Numbered from the stretch's first letter, positions 36,578 through 46,570 are shown. The stretch: 64,000 nt of DNA from Bacillota bacterium (GCA_012727895.1 JAAYGG010000144.1:28622-92621), one strand, 5' to 3'. The notes: generated by a model not told the origin, from the letters alone. Translations and numbers: made by a program.

Positions 36578-37765
36578 ATGAAGTATTTTATTTCCGCCGG
36601 GGACCATTCCGCAGATCTGCACGGCGCGGCTCTGGTCCGGGAGATTAAAAAACTCGACCCGGAGGCGGAGTTCCACGGGATGGGCGGGCCGTTGCTGGCC
36701 GGGGAGGGAGTTCAGATTCTCTTTGACCCCACCCGCCACAGTACAATTGGCCTTCTGGAAGCGGCCGGGCAGTATTTCCGTTTCCGCCGTTTGCTCCGGG
36801 TTTTTACCCGTTTTTTAGCGGAGAACCGGCCCGACGTTTTGCTCTGGATTGATTTTGGCGGCTTTAACCTGGCCCTGGCGGAGCAGGCGCGGAAACTCTC
36901 CATCCCGGTCGTCTGTCTTTTTGCCCCTTCCGCCTGGGCCTACGGGAAAAAGCGCGCCGTCCGGATGGGGAAATGCGTCTCCCACCTGGTCTCGGTCATG
37001 GGGTTTGAAGCCGATTTTTACCGCGGTTTCGGGTTGAAAGTGAGCTATACCGGCCATCCCCTGATTGACCGGGTCAAGGGTGTGCTTCCCCGGGAAAAAT
37101 GGCGGAAGGCCCGGGGGATTGGGGACGAAGAGTCCGTCGTGGTTTTGATGCCGGGCAGCCGCCGGCAGGAGGTGGAATCCCTCCTCCCGGTGATGCTGGC
37201 GGCCGCAAAGAAACTCATCGAAGAAGATCCGGAAGCGGCGAAAAAAATCCGGTTCTTTTTGCCCCTGGCGCCGACGATCGAGAAATGGCGGTTAAATGCC
37301 CTGCTGGCGGATTTCCCGGGAGAGATTACAGTGGAGAACGAAGGGGTCTATTCCCTGCTGGCCGCAGCCGACCTTGGCGTGATCACTTCCGGCACTGCCA
37401 CCTTGGAAGCGGTGCTCCTGGGGTTGCCGGCGGTTGTCGTCTACCGCCTCTCTCCCATTACGGTCTTTATCTTCCGGCGGTGGCTGCGGAATAAGGAGGA
37501 GAAGGACCGGGAGTTGCTGGTGGCCCTCCCGAACCTGATTGCCGGGAGGAAGATCATCCCCGAACTCCTCCAGGAGGACCTGACCGCGGAAAACCTCAAG
37601 AACACGATGGCGAAGTTGTTGGGGGACGAAAAAGCCCGGGCGGAGATAAAGGCGGAATACGCAAAGATCCGGGCCCAACTGGGCCCGCCCGGGGTGATGG
37701 CCAGGATCGCCCGGATCGTCGTGGCGGAGGCCCAGGCCCGCCCGGAGCTGGGCATAGAATCTTAG
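36578..37765 (+). CDS. lpxB: Glycosyltransferase family 19, lipid-A-disaccharide synthase homologue
   Basis: Collinear with E. coli LpxB as I remember that sequence: SAGDHSADLHGAALVREIK, PDVLLWIDFGGFN, APSAWAYGKKR, TGHPLID, LMPGSRRQEV, SGTATLEAVLLGLPAVVVYR, LPNLIAGRKIIPELLQ. Confidence 0.8.
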   Translation: MKYFISAGDHSADLHGAALVREIKKLDPEAEFHGMGGPLLAGEGVQILFDPTRHSTIGLLEAAGQYFRFRRLLRVFTRFLAENRPDVLLWIDFGGFNLALAEQARKLSIPVVCLFAPSAWAYGKKRAVRMGKCVSHLVSVMGFEADFYRGFGLKVSYTGHPLIDRVKGVLPREKWRKARGIGDEESVVVLMPGSRRQEVESLLPVMLAAAKKLIEEDPEAAKKIRFFLPLAPTIEKWRLNALLADFPGEITVENEGVYSLLAAADLGVITSGTATLEAVLLGLPAVVVYRLSPITVFIFRRWLRNKEEKDRELLVALPNLIAGRKIIPELLQEDLTAENLKNTMAKLLGDEKARAEIKAEYAKIRAQLGPPGVMARIARIVVAEAQARPELGIES

Positions 37766-37889
37766 TTACGGTTTGACCAGGCGCGGCAGCGCGTGGAATA
37801 GCGGTGATTAATACCGCCGGAAATAGCAGGATGGTGTTCTAGGGCTCCCCCTCCTGACATAAGGTAAACTGTGAAAAACTGAAGACGGG

Positions 37890-38753
37890 GTGGAGGCCTT
37901 GCGCATCCTGGTCTTGTCAAAAAGCCGGTTTTTCGGCCTTACCCTGCTGGTATTGTTGGCAGGGTCTTTTTTTCTCCGCCCGGCGGGTGTGGCCAACCTT
38001 ATCCGGCAGGCTTCCGCCATTTTGAGCGGGCGGATTATCCCCATTTACTCCGTGGAGACCCCTGAGAAAAAGGTGGCCGTCACTTTCGATGCGACCTGGG
38101 GTGCGGACCAAACCCCCAGGTTGCTGGAGATTCTGGCAAAAAACCAGGTCCGGGCCACTTTCTTCCTTTGCGGCCTTTGGCTGGAGAAATACCCGGAGAT
38201 GGTGAAGGCGATTGCCCGGGCGGGCCATGAGATCGGCAATCATACTTACACCCATCCTCACCTGAACAGGATGGCCAAAGACGAGATCGCCCGGGAACTC
38301 CTGAAAACCCACAGTTTAATCCAGGAACTGACCGGGCAAACCCCTACCCTTTTCCGGCCCCCCTTTGGTGAATACAACAACAAAGTGATTGAGACGGCGG
38401 CCGCATGCGGTTATACCACAATCATTTGGGATATTGACTCCCTGGACTGGCAGGATCTCTCCGCTGCCGCCATGTTGGAACGGGTTCAGAAACAACTGCG
38501 GCCCGGGGCGATCATCCTTTTTCATAATGCCGGGAAGCACACGCCGGAAGCGGTCGCCGCCCTTTTGCCAATCTTGAAAAGCAAAGGGTATTCGGTGGTG
38601 CCCGTCTCCCAACTCCTGCTGAAAGGGGAGACCTATACGGATCATACCGGACGCCAGCGGTTGAAGAGGAGTTCCCCCGCGGGGAACGGGTCAACCCGTA
38701 AACACGCCTACGGCTTGTATCATCTGCTGGTGTCGGAGAGGGGGTACAGGTAA
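37890..38753 (+). CDS. Polysaccharide deacetylase (CE4), PdaB-like sporulation type
   Basis: Signal/anchor, then NodB motifs VAVTFDATWG, RATFFLCG, HEIGNHTYTHP, LFRPPFGEY, IILFH. Confidence 0.8.
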   Translation: MEALRILVLSKSRFFGLTLLVLLAGSFFLRPAGVANLIRQASAILSGRIIPIYSVETPEKKVAVTFDATWGADQTPRLLEILAKNQVRATFFLCGLWLEKYPEMVKAIARAGHEIGNHTYTHPHLNRMAKDEIARELLKTHSLIQELTGQTPTLFRPPFGEYNNKVIETAAACGYTTIIWDIDSLDWQDLSAAAMLERVQKQLRPGAIILFHNAGKHTPEAVAALLPILKSKGYSVVPVSQLLLKGETYTDHTGRQRLKRSSPAGNGSTRKHAYGLYHLLVSERGYR

Positions 38754-39736
38754 TGGCGGTTCTTCTTTTAGAGCGGGTGAAGATCGTCCGCTTTTTTTGC
38801 GGGGTCTTTCTGGTTTTAATGATTGTCTGGGGGATTTCCCGCTGGCCGGAGGCGGGGCGGAGCCTTTACGGGGTAAAGGACCGGGTGACCCTGGAGGGGT
38901 TGCCCGTGGAACGCCTCCTCCCCCATGAACTCCGGGCGCTGGTGGAAGAGTTGGCGAAAAGACGCATGCAGCCGCCGGAAAATGCCGGGTTTTTCCCGGA
39001 GACCGGGGAGTTGATCCCGGAAAAAGTGGGTCTGGGGGTGGACGTGGAAAGCACGGTGGAGAACGTCCTGCGGGCCCAGCCGGGGGAGGCGCTTTCCCTC
39101 GTCACCTACGCGATTCCGGCCGCAGTGACCAGCGACTTTTTTACTCCGGTTTTCAAAGGGGATACCAGTGGAAAAAAGGCCAGTATCACTATTAATGTGG
39201 CCTGGGGGGAGGAAGAAATCCCCGCCATGCTTTCGATCCTCCGTGAACACGGGGTAAAGGCCACCTTTTTCTTTGTCGGCGATTGGGTGCGGAAATTCCC
39301 CGATTTGGTGCGGGAGATCCACCGGGAAGGCCACGAAGTTGCCAACCACGGGCTCTATCACGGCCACCCGAATAAGATGAGCCGCGCGGAACTGCGGGAA
39401 TTGATCCTGGAGAACACCCGGTTGCTGGAGGAGGTGACGGGGGCGCCCCCGGCGAAGCTCTTTGCCCCGCCTTACGGCGAATTCAACAGCGAGGTGCTGG
39501 CCGTCGCCGGGAACCTGGGTTACCGGACGATCCTTTGGACCATCGATACCGTTGACTGGAAACGGCCGGCGCCGGAGGTCATCATCCAGCGGGTGACCGG
39601 GAGGATCGAACCGGGAGCCATCATCCTTATGCACCCCACCGCACCGACCGTGGCGGCGCTGGGTGCGATCATCAAGAACCTGAAGGAACAGGGTTACACC
39701 CTTCTCCCTGTCGGCAAATTGTTGCAGGAAGGATAG
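38753..39736 (+). CDS. Polysaccharide deacetylase (CE4), YlxY-like
   Basis: TM anchor, N-terminal extension, NodB motifs ITINVAWGEE, KATFFFVG, HEVANHGLYHGHP, LFAPPYGEF, IILMH. The start overlaps the upstream stop (TAATG). Confidence 0.8.
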   Translation: MAVLLLERVKIVRFFCGVFLVLMIVWGISRWPEAGRSLYGVKDRVTLEGLPVERLLPHELRALVEELAKRRMQPPENAGFFPETGELIPEKVGLGVDVESTVENVLRAQPGEALSLVTYAIPAAVTSDFFTPVFKGDTSGKKASITINVAWGEEEIPAMLSILREHGVKATFFFVGDWVRKFPDLVREIHREGHEVANHGLYHGHPNKMSRAELRELILENTRLLEEVTGAPPAKLFAPPYGEFNSEVLAVAGNLGYRTILWTIDTVDWKRPAPEVIIQRVTGRIEPGAIILMHPTAPTVAALGAIIKNLKEQGYTLLPVGKLLQEG

Positions 39737-39894
39737 GCTTCGCCTGCCGGCGCCGGAAAAAGCAAAAAAGATGGCGCTTTCCATTCCCATTATTTATTAC
39801 TCTTTTTTAAATAACAAAGAAAAGGAAGAAAGAGAAATATGGCGTATTATAGTAAGCGTAGTGAGTTGCGGAGTAATGAAGGAGGCGGAGTAAA

Positions 39895-40389
39895 ATGAAG
39901 AGAATCACCACTGTCTTGCTGGCGGTAATAATTTTGACGGTTTTTCCTGCAGCCGCCTGGGGTTTGAACACACCGGCTGTCACGCGGAATCACGGCGTTA
40001 TCACCGCCAGGTTCATCGGTGATGTCGGCCTGTTCCTCGGAGCAGAGTACGGGATGACCGATGAGCTGGCGCTCATGGCGGAGCTTGGGTCGAAAAACTT
40101 GAGTAAGATCGGGTTGAAATACGAGGTTGGCCGGCTGGCGGTGACAGGGGGAGTAACCGGATCTTCGGTCTTCTTCGGGCTCAACGGCAGCGGGGCCCTG
40201 GGCGACAAGCTCACCGGGATCTTTGAGGTCGATGCGTTGATGACCGACGGCAACCTTGGTTTCCTTTATGAAGTAGGGGTCAAGTTCGACATTGACCGGA
40301 GTATTGATCTCCGGGGCGGGCTGTACGGCGGTACTTATGGGTCTGTCAGCACCCTGCATTTCCAGATCGGCGTCGGGTATAAATTCTGA
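39895..40389 (+). CDS. Small secreted protein with amphipathic beta-strand pattern and C-terminal aromatic beta-signal (OMP-like beta-barrel candidate)
   Basis: Signal peptide MKRITTVLLAVIILTVFPAAAWG. The mature part of about 140 aa consists of alternating-hydrophobic strands. The C-terminus HFQIGVGYKF has hydrophobics at positions -1,-3,-5,-7,-9 and a terminal Phe. Strong RBS GGAGG. Confidence 0.5.
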   Translation: MKRITTVLLAVIILTVFPAAAWGLNTPAVTRNHGVITARFIGDVGLFLGAEYGMTDELALMAELGSKNLSKIGLKYEVGRLAVTGGVTGSSVFFGLNGSGALGDKLTGIFEVDALMTDGNLGFLYEVGVKFDIDRSIDLRGGLYGGTYGSVSTLHFQIGVGYKF

Positions 40390-40393
40390 TCCC

Positions 40394-40422
40394 TTGACAA
40401 ACCGTACATTAATGGGTATATT
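40394..40422 (+). promoter_or_regulatory. Near-consensus sigma-A promoter of the valS leader
   Basis: TTGACA (40394-40399), 17 nt, TATATT (40417-40422). Confidence 0.65.
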
Positions 40423-40428
40423 GAGTGT

Positions 40429-40784
40429 ATTGGCAAGTTAATAATAGCGTGAGATTATAACGATGACCGGAAGGAGTAGCCCCGCGGGCAACCCCGTCAC
40501 AAAAGCCACCCGGCTTTGGCAAGAACGGCTTAGAGAAAAGCCCGCGTAAACCTGCGACAGAGAACGGGTCCGGCGCAGACGCGCACGGCTGGAAGACCCG
40601 GCAGGGGAAGGGGTGAAGGTCGTCCGGGAGTTCTCCGGCTGAAAAACCGCGAAAGGCGCAAGTAGGCCGGAGCGGCCTGGCCCGTTAACGCCGCTTGAGC
40701 GCCCCTGCTTCGCCTTGGCGAACGGGGGAAAAAAGGTGGTACCGCGAAGACCTTTCGTCCTTTAGCGATGAAAGGTCTTTTTTA
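40429..40784 (+). promoter_or_regulatory. T-box riboswitch leader (tRNA-Val sensing, inferred from the downstream gene)
   Basis: Stem I base CGATGACCGGAAGGAGTAGC (GA/K-turn type), AGAGA boxes, conserved T-box AAAAAGGTGGTACCGCG (40729-40746), and an overlapping terminator. Candidate GUC specifier at 40618-40620 or 40621-40623. Confidence 0.85.
40747..40784 (+). terminator. T-box terminator hairpin
   Basis: AAGACCTTTC (40748-40756 region) pairs with GAAAGGTCTT (40770-40779), followed by T6. Confidence 0.85.
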
Positions 40785-40842
40785 TGGTTGTCGTTATATC
40801 CTCATGATCTCATCATCGTCATACGGCTGAAAAATGGAGGGG

Positions 40843-43491
40843 ATGAAGTTGTACCGGCAATTGCCCAAAGTCTATAAGCCGCAGGAGGTCGAGACCAAGT
40901 GGTATGATTACTGGCTCAAAAAGGGTTTTTTCCATGCTGAAGTGGAAAAGGGAAAGAAACCTTTTTGCATCGTGATCCCGCCGCCGAATGTCACGGGAAA
41001 ACTCCATCTCGGTCACGCCCTCAACAATACTTTGCAGGATATTCTCACCCGCTACCACCGGATGAAGGGGGATAATACCCTCTGGCTCCCCGGGACGGAC
41101 CACGCGGGCATCGCCACGCAGGTCCGGGTGGAAGAGGAGTTGGCCAAAGAAGGCCTCTCCCGCCATGAACTGGGCCGGGAAGAGTTCCTCAAACGGGTCT
41201 GGGCCTGGAAGGAAGAATACGGTGGGACCATTATCCGGCAGTTGAAGCGGCTGGGCGCTTCTTGCGACTGGCAACGGGAACGCTTCACTATGGACGAGGG
41301 GTGCTCCCGGGCGGTAAAAGAGGTCTTTCTCCGCCTTTACCAAAAAGGCTTGATTTATCGCGGGAGTTACCTGGTGAACTGGTGTCCGCAATGCGCCACC
41401 ACCCTCTCGGATATCGAGGTGGAGCATGAGGAGAGGGAAGGACGGCTCTGGCATATCCGCTACCCGCTGGCGGAGGGGGACGGCTATATCCAGGTGGCCA
41501 CCACCCGGCCCGAGACGATGCTGGGCGACACGGCGGTGGCTGTCCACCCGGACGACGAACGCTACCGGGAACTGGTGGGGAAAAAGGCCATTTTGCCTTT
41601 GATGAACAGGGAGATCCCGATTATCGCCGATCCGATGGTGGACCGGGAATTTGGGACCGGGGCGGTCAAGATCACCCCCGCCCATGACCTCAACGACTTC
41701 GAACTGGGACTCCGCCACAACCTGCCCCAGGTCACGGTGATCGGTTTTGATGCCCGGATGACTGCGGAGGCCGGTAAATATGCGGGGCTCGACCGGTATG
41801 AGGCAAGGAAAAAAGTGCTGGAGGATCTGGCGGCCGAAGGGCTCCTGGCCGGGGAGGAAGTGCACCACCATGCCCTGGGGACCTGCTACCGCTGTGATAC
41901 AGTGGTGGAGCCGCTCATCTCCAAACAGTGGTTTGTCCGGATGAAACCCCTGGCGGAACCCGCAGCCCAAGTGGTCAGGGAAGGAAAGATCCGCTTCGTC
42001 CCTGAACGTTTCGCCAAGATCTACCTGAACTGGGTGGATAACATCAGGGACTGGTGTATCTCGCGGCAGCTCTGGTGGGGGCACCGGATCCCGGTCTGGT
42101 ATTGCCTGGACTGCGGTACGGAGATCGCTGCCGCTGAAGCGCCCGGAACCTGTCCGGATTGCGGGAGCAAACGTATGGAACAGGACCCGGATGTCCTGGA
42201 TACCTGGTTCTCTTCGGCGCTCTGGCCCTTTTCCACTTTAGGCTGGCCGGAGAAAACCCCCGAGCTGGAGCATTTCTATCCCACCTCGGTTTTGGTCACC
42301 GCCCGCGATATCATCTTCTTCTGGGTGGCCCGTATGGTCTTTATGGGCCTGGAGTTTATGGAGGAGATCCCCTTTGCCGATGTGCTCATGCACGGGCTCG
42401 TTTTGGACAAGGATGGGAAGAAGATGAGCAAGTCGCGGCCGGAAACCATTGTGGATCCGCAGGATGTCATTGACGAGTACGGCGCGGATATCCTCCGCTT
42501 TACCCTGGCCACCGGCACCGCTCTTGGCCAAGACCAGCGCTTCCAGATGGAGCGGGTGGAAGGGGCGCGCAACTTTGCCAACAAGATCTGGAATGCCGCC
42601 CGTTTCCTCGGGATGAACCTGGACGATTATGAGGAGGCGAAGGGGGAAGAGGAAGACGGGTTTACCCTTCCCGATCAATATATCCTCTCCCGCCTGCAAC
42701 GGGTGACCGCAGAAGCCGGGGAGATGATTGACCGCTACGACCTGGGAGGCGCCGCCAACCTGCTCTATGATTTTATCTGGAGCGAATACTGCGATTGGTA
42801 CATCGAGGCGGCTAAACCCCAGTTAAAGGCGGGCGGGGCGGTCCGCCGCCGCACCCAGCAGGTGCTGGTGAAGGTCTTCCGCCAGATCATGGTCCTCCTC
42901 CATCCCTTCATGCCCTTTATCACCGAGGAGATCTGGCAGGCCCTTCCCCACGAAGGGGAGAGCGTCATGGTGGCGCCCTGGCCGGAACCGGATGAAAAAC
43001 TCATCAACCCGGAGGCCGAGGAGAAGATGGGGCTGCTTATGGAAGTGACGCGCGCGATCCGGAATATCCGGGCCGAAAGCCGGGTGGAGCCCGGGCGGAA
43101 AGTCGAGGCCATCCTCCTGGCCGGGCCGGAGGAGAAGGAGATCCTGGAAGAAAACCGCCTTTACCTGGAAGTCCTGGCCGGCCTGGGGCAACTGGCGATC
43201 CTGCCGGAAGGGAGCGCCAAACCGGAGCAGGCGGTCAGCGCCGTTGTCACCGGGGTCGAGGTCTACCTGCCCCTGGCGGGCCTGGTGGACCTGGAGAAGG
43301 AAAAGGAGCGGCTCGAAAAGGAACTGGCCGAACTGGAGAAGGAAAAGGAGCGGTTGGAGAAGAAACTCGCCAACACCCAGTTCCTGGCGAAAGCCCCGGA
43401 GGCGGTGGTGGCAAAGGAGAAAGAAAAGCTCGCCGCGGTGGAGGAGAAATACGCGAAAGTCTCCGCCCGGCTGGCGGAGTTGAAATCATAA
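40843..43491 (+). CDS. valS: Valine--tRNA ligase
   Basis: HIGH-type LHLGHAL, KMSKS, CP1 editing domain, C-terminal coiled coil. ATG 40843 lies behind GGAGGGG (ATG 40834 is an alternative). Confidence 0.93.
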   Translation: MKLYRQLPKVYKPQEVETKWYDYWLKKGFFHAEVEKGKKPFCIVIPPPNVTGKLHLGHALNNTLQDILTRYHRMKGDNTLWLPGTDHAGIATQVRVEEELAKEGLSRHELGREEFLKRVWAWKEEYGGTIIRQLKRLGASCDWQRERFTMDEGCSRAVKEVFLRLYQKGLIYRGSYLVNWCPQCATTLSDIEVEHEEREGRLWHIRYPLAEGDGYIQVATTRPETMLGDTAVAVHPDDERYRELVGKKAILPLMNREIPIIADPMVDREFGTGAVKITPAHDLNDFELGLRHNLPQVTVIGFDARMTAEAGKYAGLDRYEARKKVLEDLAAEGLLAGEEVHHHALGTCYRCDTVVEPLISKQWFVRMKPLAEPAAQVVREGKIRFVPERFAKIYLNWVDNIRDWCISRQLWWGHRIPVWYCLDCGTEIAAAEAPGTCPDCGSKRMEQDPDVLDTWFSSALWPFSTLGWPEKTPELEHFYPTSVLVTARDIIFFWVARMVFMGLEFMEEIPFADVLMHGLVLDKDGKKMSKSRPETIVDPQDVIDEYGADILRFTLATGTALGQDQRFQMERVEGARNFANKIWNAARFLGMNLDDYEEAKGEEEDGFTLPDQYILSRLQRVTAEAGEMIDRYDLGGAANLLYDFIWSEYCDWYIEAAKPQLKAGGAVRRRTQQVLVKVFRQIMVLLHPFMPFITEEIWQALPHEGESVMVAPWPEPDEKLINPEAEEKMGLLMEVTRAIRNIRAESRVEPGRKVEAILLAGPEEKEILEENRLYLEVLAGLGQLAILPEGSAKPEQAVSAVVTGVEVYLPLAGLVDLEKEKERLEKELAELEKEKERLEKKLANTQFLAKAPEAVVAKEKEKLAAVEEKYAKVSARLAELKS

Positions 43492-43511
43492 ACCCCTTGA
43501 AGTTAATGACC

Positions 43512-43537
43512 AGGCCGGATGGAAGTCCGGCCTTTCT
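43512..43537 (+). terminator. Intrinsic terminator after valS
   Basis: AGGCCGGA-TGGAAG-TCCGGCCT stem-loop followed by TTTCT. Confidence 0.6.
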
Positions 43538-43564
43538 AAACCCAGAGGAAGGAGGAAAATAAAG

Positions 43565-44548
43565 ATGAACTACAGGGAATTGGGGAGGACCGGCTGGAAG
43601 GTATCGGAGATCTCCTTCGGCGCCTGGGCCATCGGCGGGAGCTGGGGCACGGTTGACGACAGGGAATCCCTGGCGGCCCTGCATAAAGCGGTGGACCTGG
43701 GGGTAAATTTCTTCGACACCGCCGATGTGTATGGGGACGGCCACAGCGAAAGGCTCCTGGCCCGGTTGCGGAAGGAACGGGGCGAGGAGATTATTATTGC
43801 CACGAAAGCCGGGAGGAGGCTAAACCCGCATAAGGCCGCCGGCTACAACCGGGAGAATTTAACGGCCTTTGTCGAAAGGAGCCTGCGCAACCTGGAGACG
43901 GACGCCATCGACCTGCTGCAACTCCACTGTCCCCCCACCGAGGTCTACTACATGCCGGAGGTCTTCGGGATCCTCGACGACCTGGTAGCCGCAGGGAAGA
44001 TCAGGTATTACGGGGTGAGCGTGGAAAAGGTAGAAGAGGCGCTAAAGGCCATCGAGTACCCGAACGTCCAGAGCGTGCAGATTATCTTCAACATCTTCCG
44101 GCAGCGCCCGGCCGGGTTGTTCTTTGCCGAGGCCAAAAAACGGAAGGTGGGGATCCTGGCCCGGGTTCCGCTGGCCTCGGGGCTCTTGACCGGTAAATTC
44201 ACGGCGGATTCCCGTTTTGAAGCCGATGACCACCGCAGTTTCAACCGGCGCGGGGAAGCCTTTGACCGGGGCGAGACCTTTGCCGGGCTCGATTATGACC
44301 TGGGACTGCAGGCGGTTGCTGCGCTCAAGGAGGTTTGCCCGGAAGGGATGAGCCTGGCGCAGTTTGCCCTGAGATGGATTCTGATGTTTGATGCCGTGAC
44401 CTGCGCGATCCCGGGGGCGAAAAGACCCGGCCAGGTGGAGGAGAATCTCAAAGCCGCGGATTTCCCGCCCCTCTCTCCGGAAACCCTTGACGCGGTTAAA
44501 GAGATTTACGAGCAAAAGGTGAAGGACCACGTTCATCATTATTGGTAA
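43565..44548 (+). CDS. Aldo/keto reductase family oxidoreductase
   Basis: LGRTGWKVSEISFGAW, FFDTADVYGDG, and the length and layout of the AKR11/YhdN-like group. Confidence 0.85.
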   Translation: MNYRELGRTGWKVSEISFGAWAIGGSWGTVDDRESLAALHKAVDLGVNFFDTADVYGDGHSERLLARLRKERGEEIIIATKAGRRLNPHKAAGYNRENLTAFVERSLRNLETDAIDLLQLHCPPTEVYYMPEVFGILDDLVAAGKIRYYGVSVEKVEEALKAIEYPNVQSVQIIFNIFRQRPAGLFFAEAKKRKVGILARVPLASGLLTGKFTADSRFEADDHRSFNRRGEAFDRGETFAGLDYDLGLQAVAALKEVCPEGMSLAQFALRWILMFDAVTCAIPGAKRPGQVEENLKAADFPPLSPETLDAVKEIYEQKVKDHVHHYW

Positions 44549-44614
44549 AAGACACTCCCGTCCCGGGAAGAGAAAAACCGCGTAAAAAAGCGGGAAAAAA
44601 CCGCAAAAAAATCC

Positions 44615-44643
44615 TTGACATCCGGGTGGGGAAGCGCTATACT
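44615..44643 (+). promoter_or_regulatory. Near-consensus sigma-A promoter with A-tract UP-like region
   Basis: TTGACA (44615-44620), 17 nt, TATACT (44638-44643). A-tracts lie at 44583-44610. Confidence 0.65.
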
Positions 44644-44688
44644 GCTAATGTAAAGTAATTTTACTTGTCAGTAAGGAGGCTCATCACC

Positions 44689-45054
44689 ATGGACCAAGTG
44701 GCGAGGATGAGCCTGTATTATGATTTTTACGGCGGGCTTTTAACCCCCAAACAGCAACGGGTCTTCAGCCTCTACTACATGGATAATTTCTCCCTGGCGG
44801 AGATTGCGGAGGAGGAAGGGACCACGCGCCAGGCGGTCCACGATCTCCTGCAGCGCACGGAGAAGATCCTTGAGCGCTGGGAGCAGGAGTTGTCACTGGT
44901 TGCCCGGTATTTAAAGGAGAAAAGGGAGATCGGGGAGATCAAGGAGAGCCTGGAAGAACTGGGCCGGTGCCTCCCCCGGCAAGACGAGGCGTACCGTAAG
45001 TTTTTAGCGGTAAAAGAGAAGGTTTTGGCTTTCGAAGCCCATCTTGAGGGCTGA
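44689..45054 (+). CDS. ylxM: YlxM/UPF0122 putative HTH protein
   Basis: MSLYYDFYGGLLTPKQQRVFSLYYMDNFSLAEIAEEEGTTRQAVHDLLQR, immediately upstream of ffh. ATG 44689 lies behind AAGGAGG. Confidence 0.85.
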   Translation: MDQVARMSLYYDFYGGLLTPKQQRVFSLYYMDNFSLAEIAEEEGTTRQAVHDLLQRTEKILERWEQELSLVARYLKEKREIGEIKESLEELGRCLPRQDEAYRKFLAVKEKVLAFEAHLEG

Positions 45055-45121
45055 CGGCCCGGAGGGCTCCCGGCACCAGCGGAGACTCCCGGCGGGGGCC
45101 GGCGCCGAAAGGAGAAAAATT

Positions 45122-46450
45122 ATGATCTTTTCCAACCTGGCCGGGCGGTTGCAGGAAACCCTCCGCAAACTGCGCGGCAAAGGGAAACTTACAGAGATAG
45201 ATGTGGATGAGGCCCTGCGCGAAGTGAAACTGGCTTTGCTCGAAGCCGATGTCAACTTCCGGGTAGTGCGCAGCTTCATCAACCGGGTCCGGGAAAGGGC
45301 CATCGGGAAAGAGGTCACGTCCAGCCTGACCCCAGGGCAGATGGTGGTGAAAATCGTCCACCAGGAACTGACAGCCTTGATGGGGGCTAAGGAAGAAAAG
45401 ATCCGGGTGGCGCCGCAACCGCCCACCGTGGTCCTGCTCGTGGGGTTGCAGGGCTCGGGGAAGACAACCACCACCGCCAAACTCGGGCGCTACCTGAAAA
45501 TGCAGGGACGGCGGCCGATGCTGGCGGCGGCCGATATCTACCGGCCCGCAGCCGTCCGCCAACTCCAGATCCTCGGCGAAAAGCTGGAACTACCGGTATA
45601 CTTCAGCGAAGGGAAAGACCCGGTGGCGATTGCCAGGGAAGCGGTGGCCGCGGTGAAAAAGCAGAACTGCGATTATCTTTTGGTTGATACCGCCGGCCGC
45701 CTGCATGTCAATGAAGAATTGATGGAGGAGTTGCGGGCGATCAAAGAGGCGGTCCGGCCGGAGGAGATCCTGCTGGTGGTGGACGCCATGACCGGCCAGG
45801 ATGCGGTGAATGTCGCCCGGAGCTTCCATGAGAAATTGGCCTTAACCGGCCTGGTCTTGACGAAACTGGAGAGTGACACCCGGGGGGGAGCGGCCCTCTC
45901 CATCCGGGAAGTGACCGGATGCCCCATTAAACTGGTGGGGACCGGCGAAAAATTGGAGGACCTGGAGGTTTTTTACCCGGATCGGCTGGCCTCCCGGATT
46001 TTGGGTATGGGCGATGTCCTGACCTTGATCGAAAAGGCCGAGGCAGCGGTGGAGAAAGACCAAGCCCGGGACCTGTTCCACAAGATCCAGGACGACCGTT
46101 TGACCTTGGAGGATTTCTTGGAGCAAATGCGCCAACTGCGGAAATCCGGCCTTTTGCAGCAGGCCCTCTCCTTCCTGCCGGGAGTCAATCCGAAACACCT
46201 CCGGGGAATGCAGGTGAGCGAGGAGGATTTTAAGCACCTGGAAGCGATTATCCAGTCCATGACCCCGGAGGAACGGCGAAACCCTTCCATTATCAACGCC
46301 AGCCGCCGGAAGCGGATTGCCCGCGGGTCAGGGCGGAGTATCCAGGAGGTCAACCGCCTGTTGAACCAGTTTGAACAGAGCAAAAAGCTGATGAAGCAAC
46401 TGGCCAGGATGGGAAAGGGCGGCTTTCCAATGAAATTTCCTTTCCCCTAG
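45122..46450 (+). CDS. ffh: Signal recognition particle protein Ffh
   Basis: N domain, G domain (GLQGSGKTTT, DTAGR, TKLD), and an M domain. Confidence 0.93.
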   Translation: MIFSNLAGRLQETLRKLRGKGKLTEIDVDEALREVKLALLEADVNFRVVRSFINRVRERAIGKEVTSSLTPGQMVVKIVHQELTALMGAKEEKIRVAPQPPTVVLLVGLQGSGKTTTTAKLGRYLKMQGRRPMLAAADIYRPAAVRQLQILGEKLELPVYFSEGKDPVAIAREAVAAVKKQNCDYLLVDTAGRLHVNEELMEELRAIKEAVRPEEILLVVDAMTGQDAVNVARSFHEKLALTGLVLTKLESDTRGGAALSIREVTGCPIKLVGTGEKLEDLEVFYPDRLASRILGMGDVLTLIEKAEAAVEKDQARDLFHKIQDDRLTLEDFLEQMRQLRKSGLLQQALSFLPGVNPKHLRGMQVSEEDFKHLEAIIQSMTPEERRNPSIINASRRKRIARGSGRSIQEVNRLLNQFEQSKKLMKQLARMGKGGFPMKFPFP

Positions 46451-46570
46451 GATTCGGTTTGTCCGGGCCGGCTTTTCCCCGCCGGACGGGGGCGGGCGGT
46501 CCGAACGATTATTCGCGTGTACTTGCGCGCGTAATAGAGCAATCAACCTACAGGAGGTGGTATCTAAAGG

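Noticed and set aside
40819-42084. Long antisense ORFs opposite well-supported genes: 421 aa here, and also 11031-12020, 16761-17723, 38816-39790, 50026-50811 and 55037-56197.
   Set aside because: Each lies entirely antisense to a gene with unambiguous family motifs (valS, pfkA/pyk, M16 peptidase, CE4, pdp, rnfB). The translations are Pro/Arg/Gly-rich low complexity with no RBS. These are typical shadow ORFs of GC-rich coding DNA.
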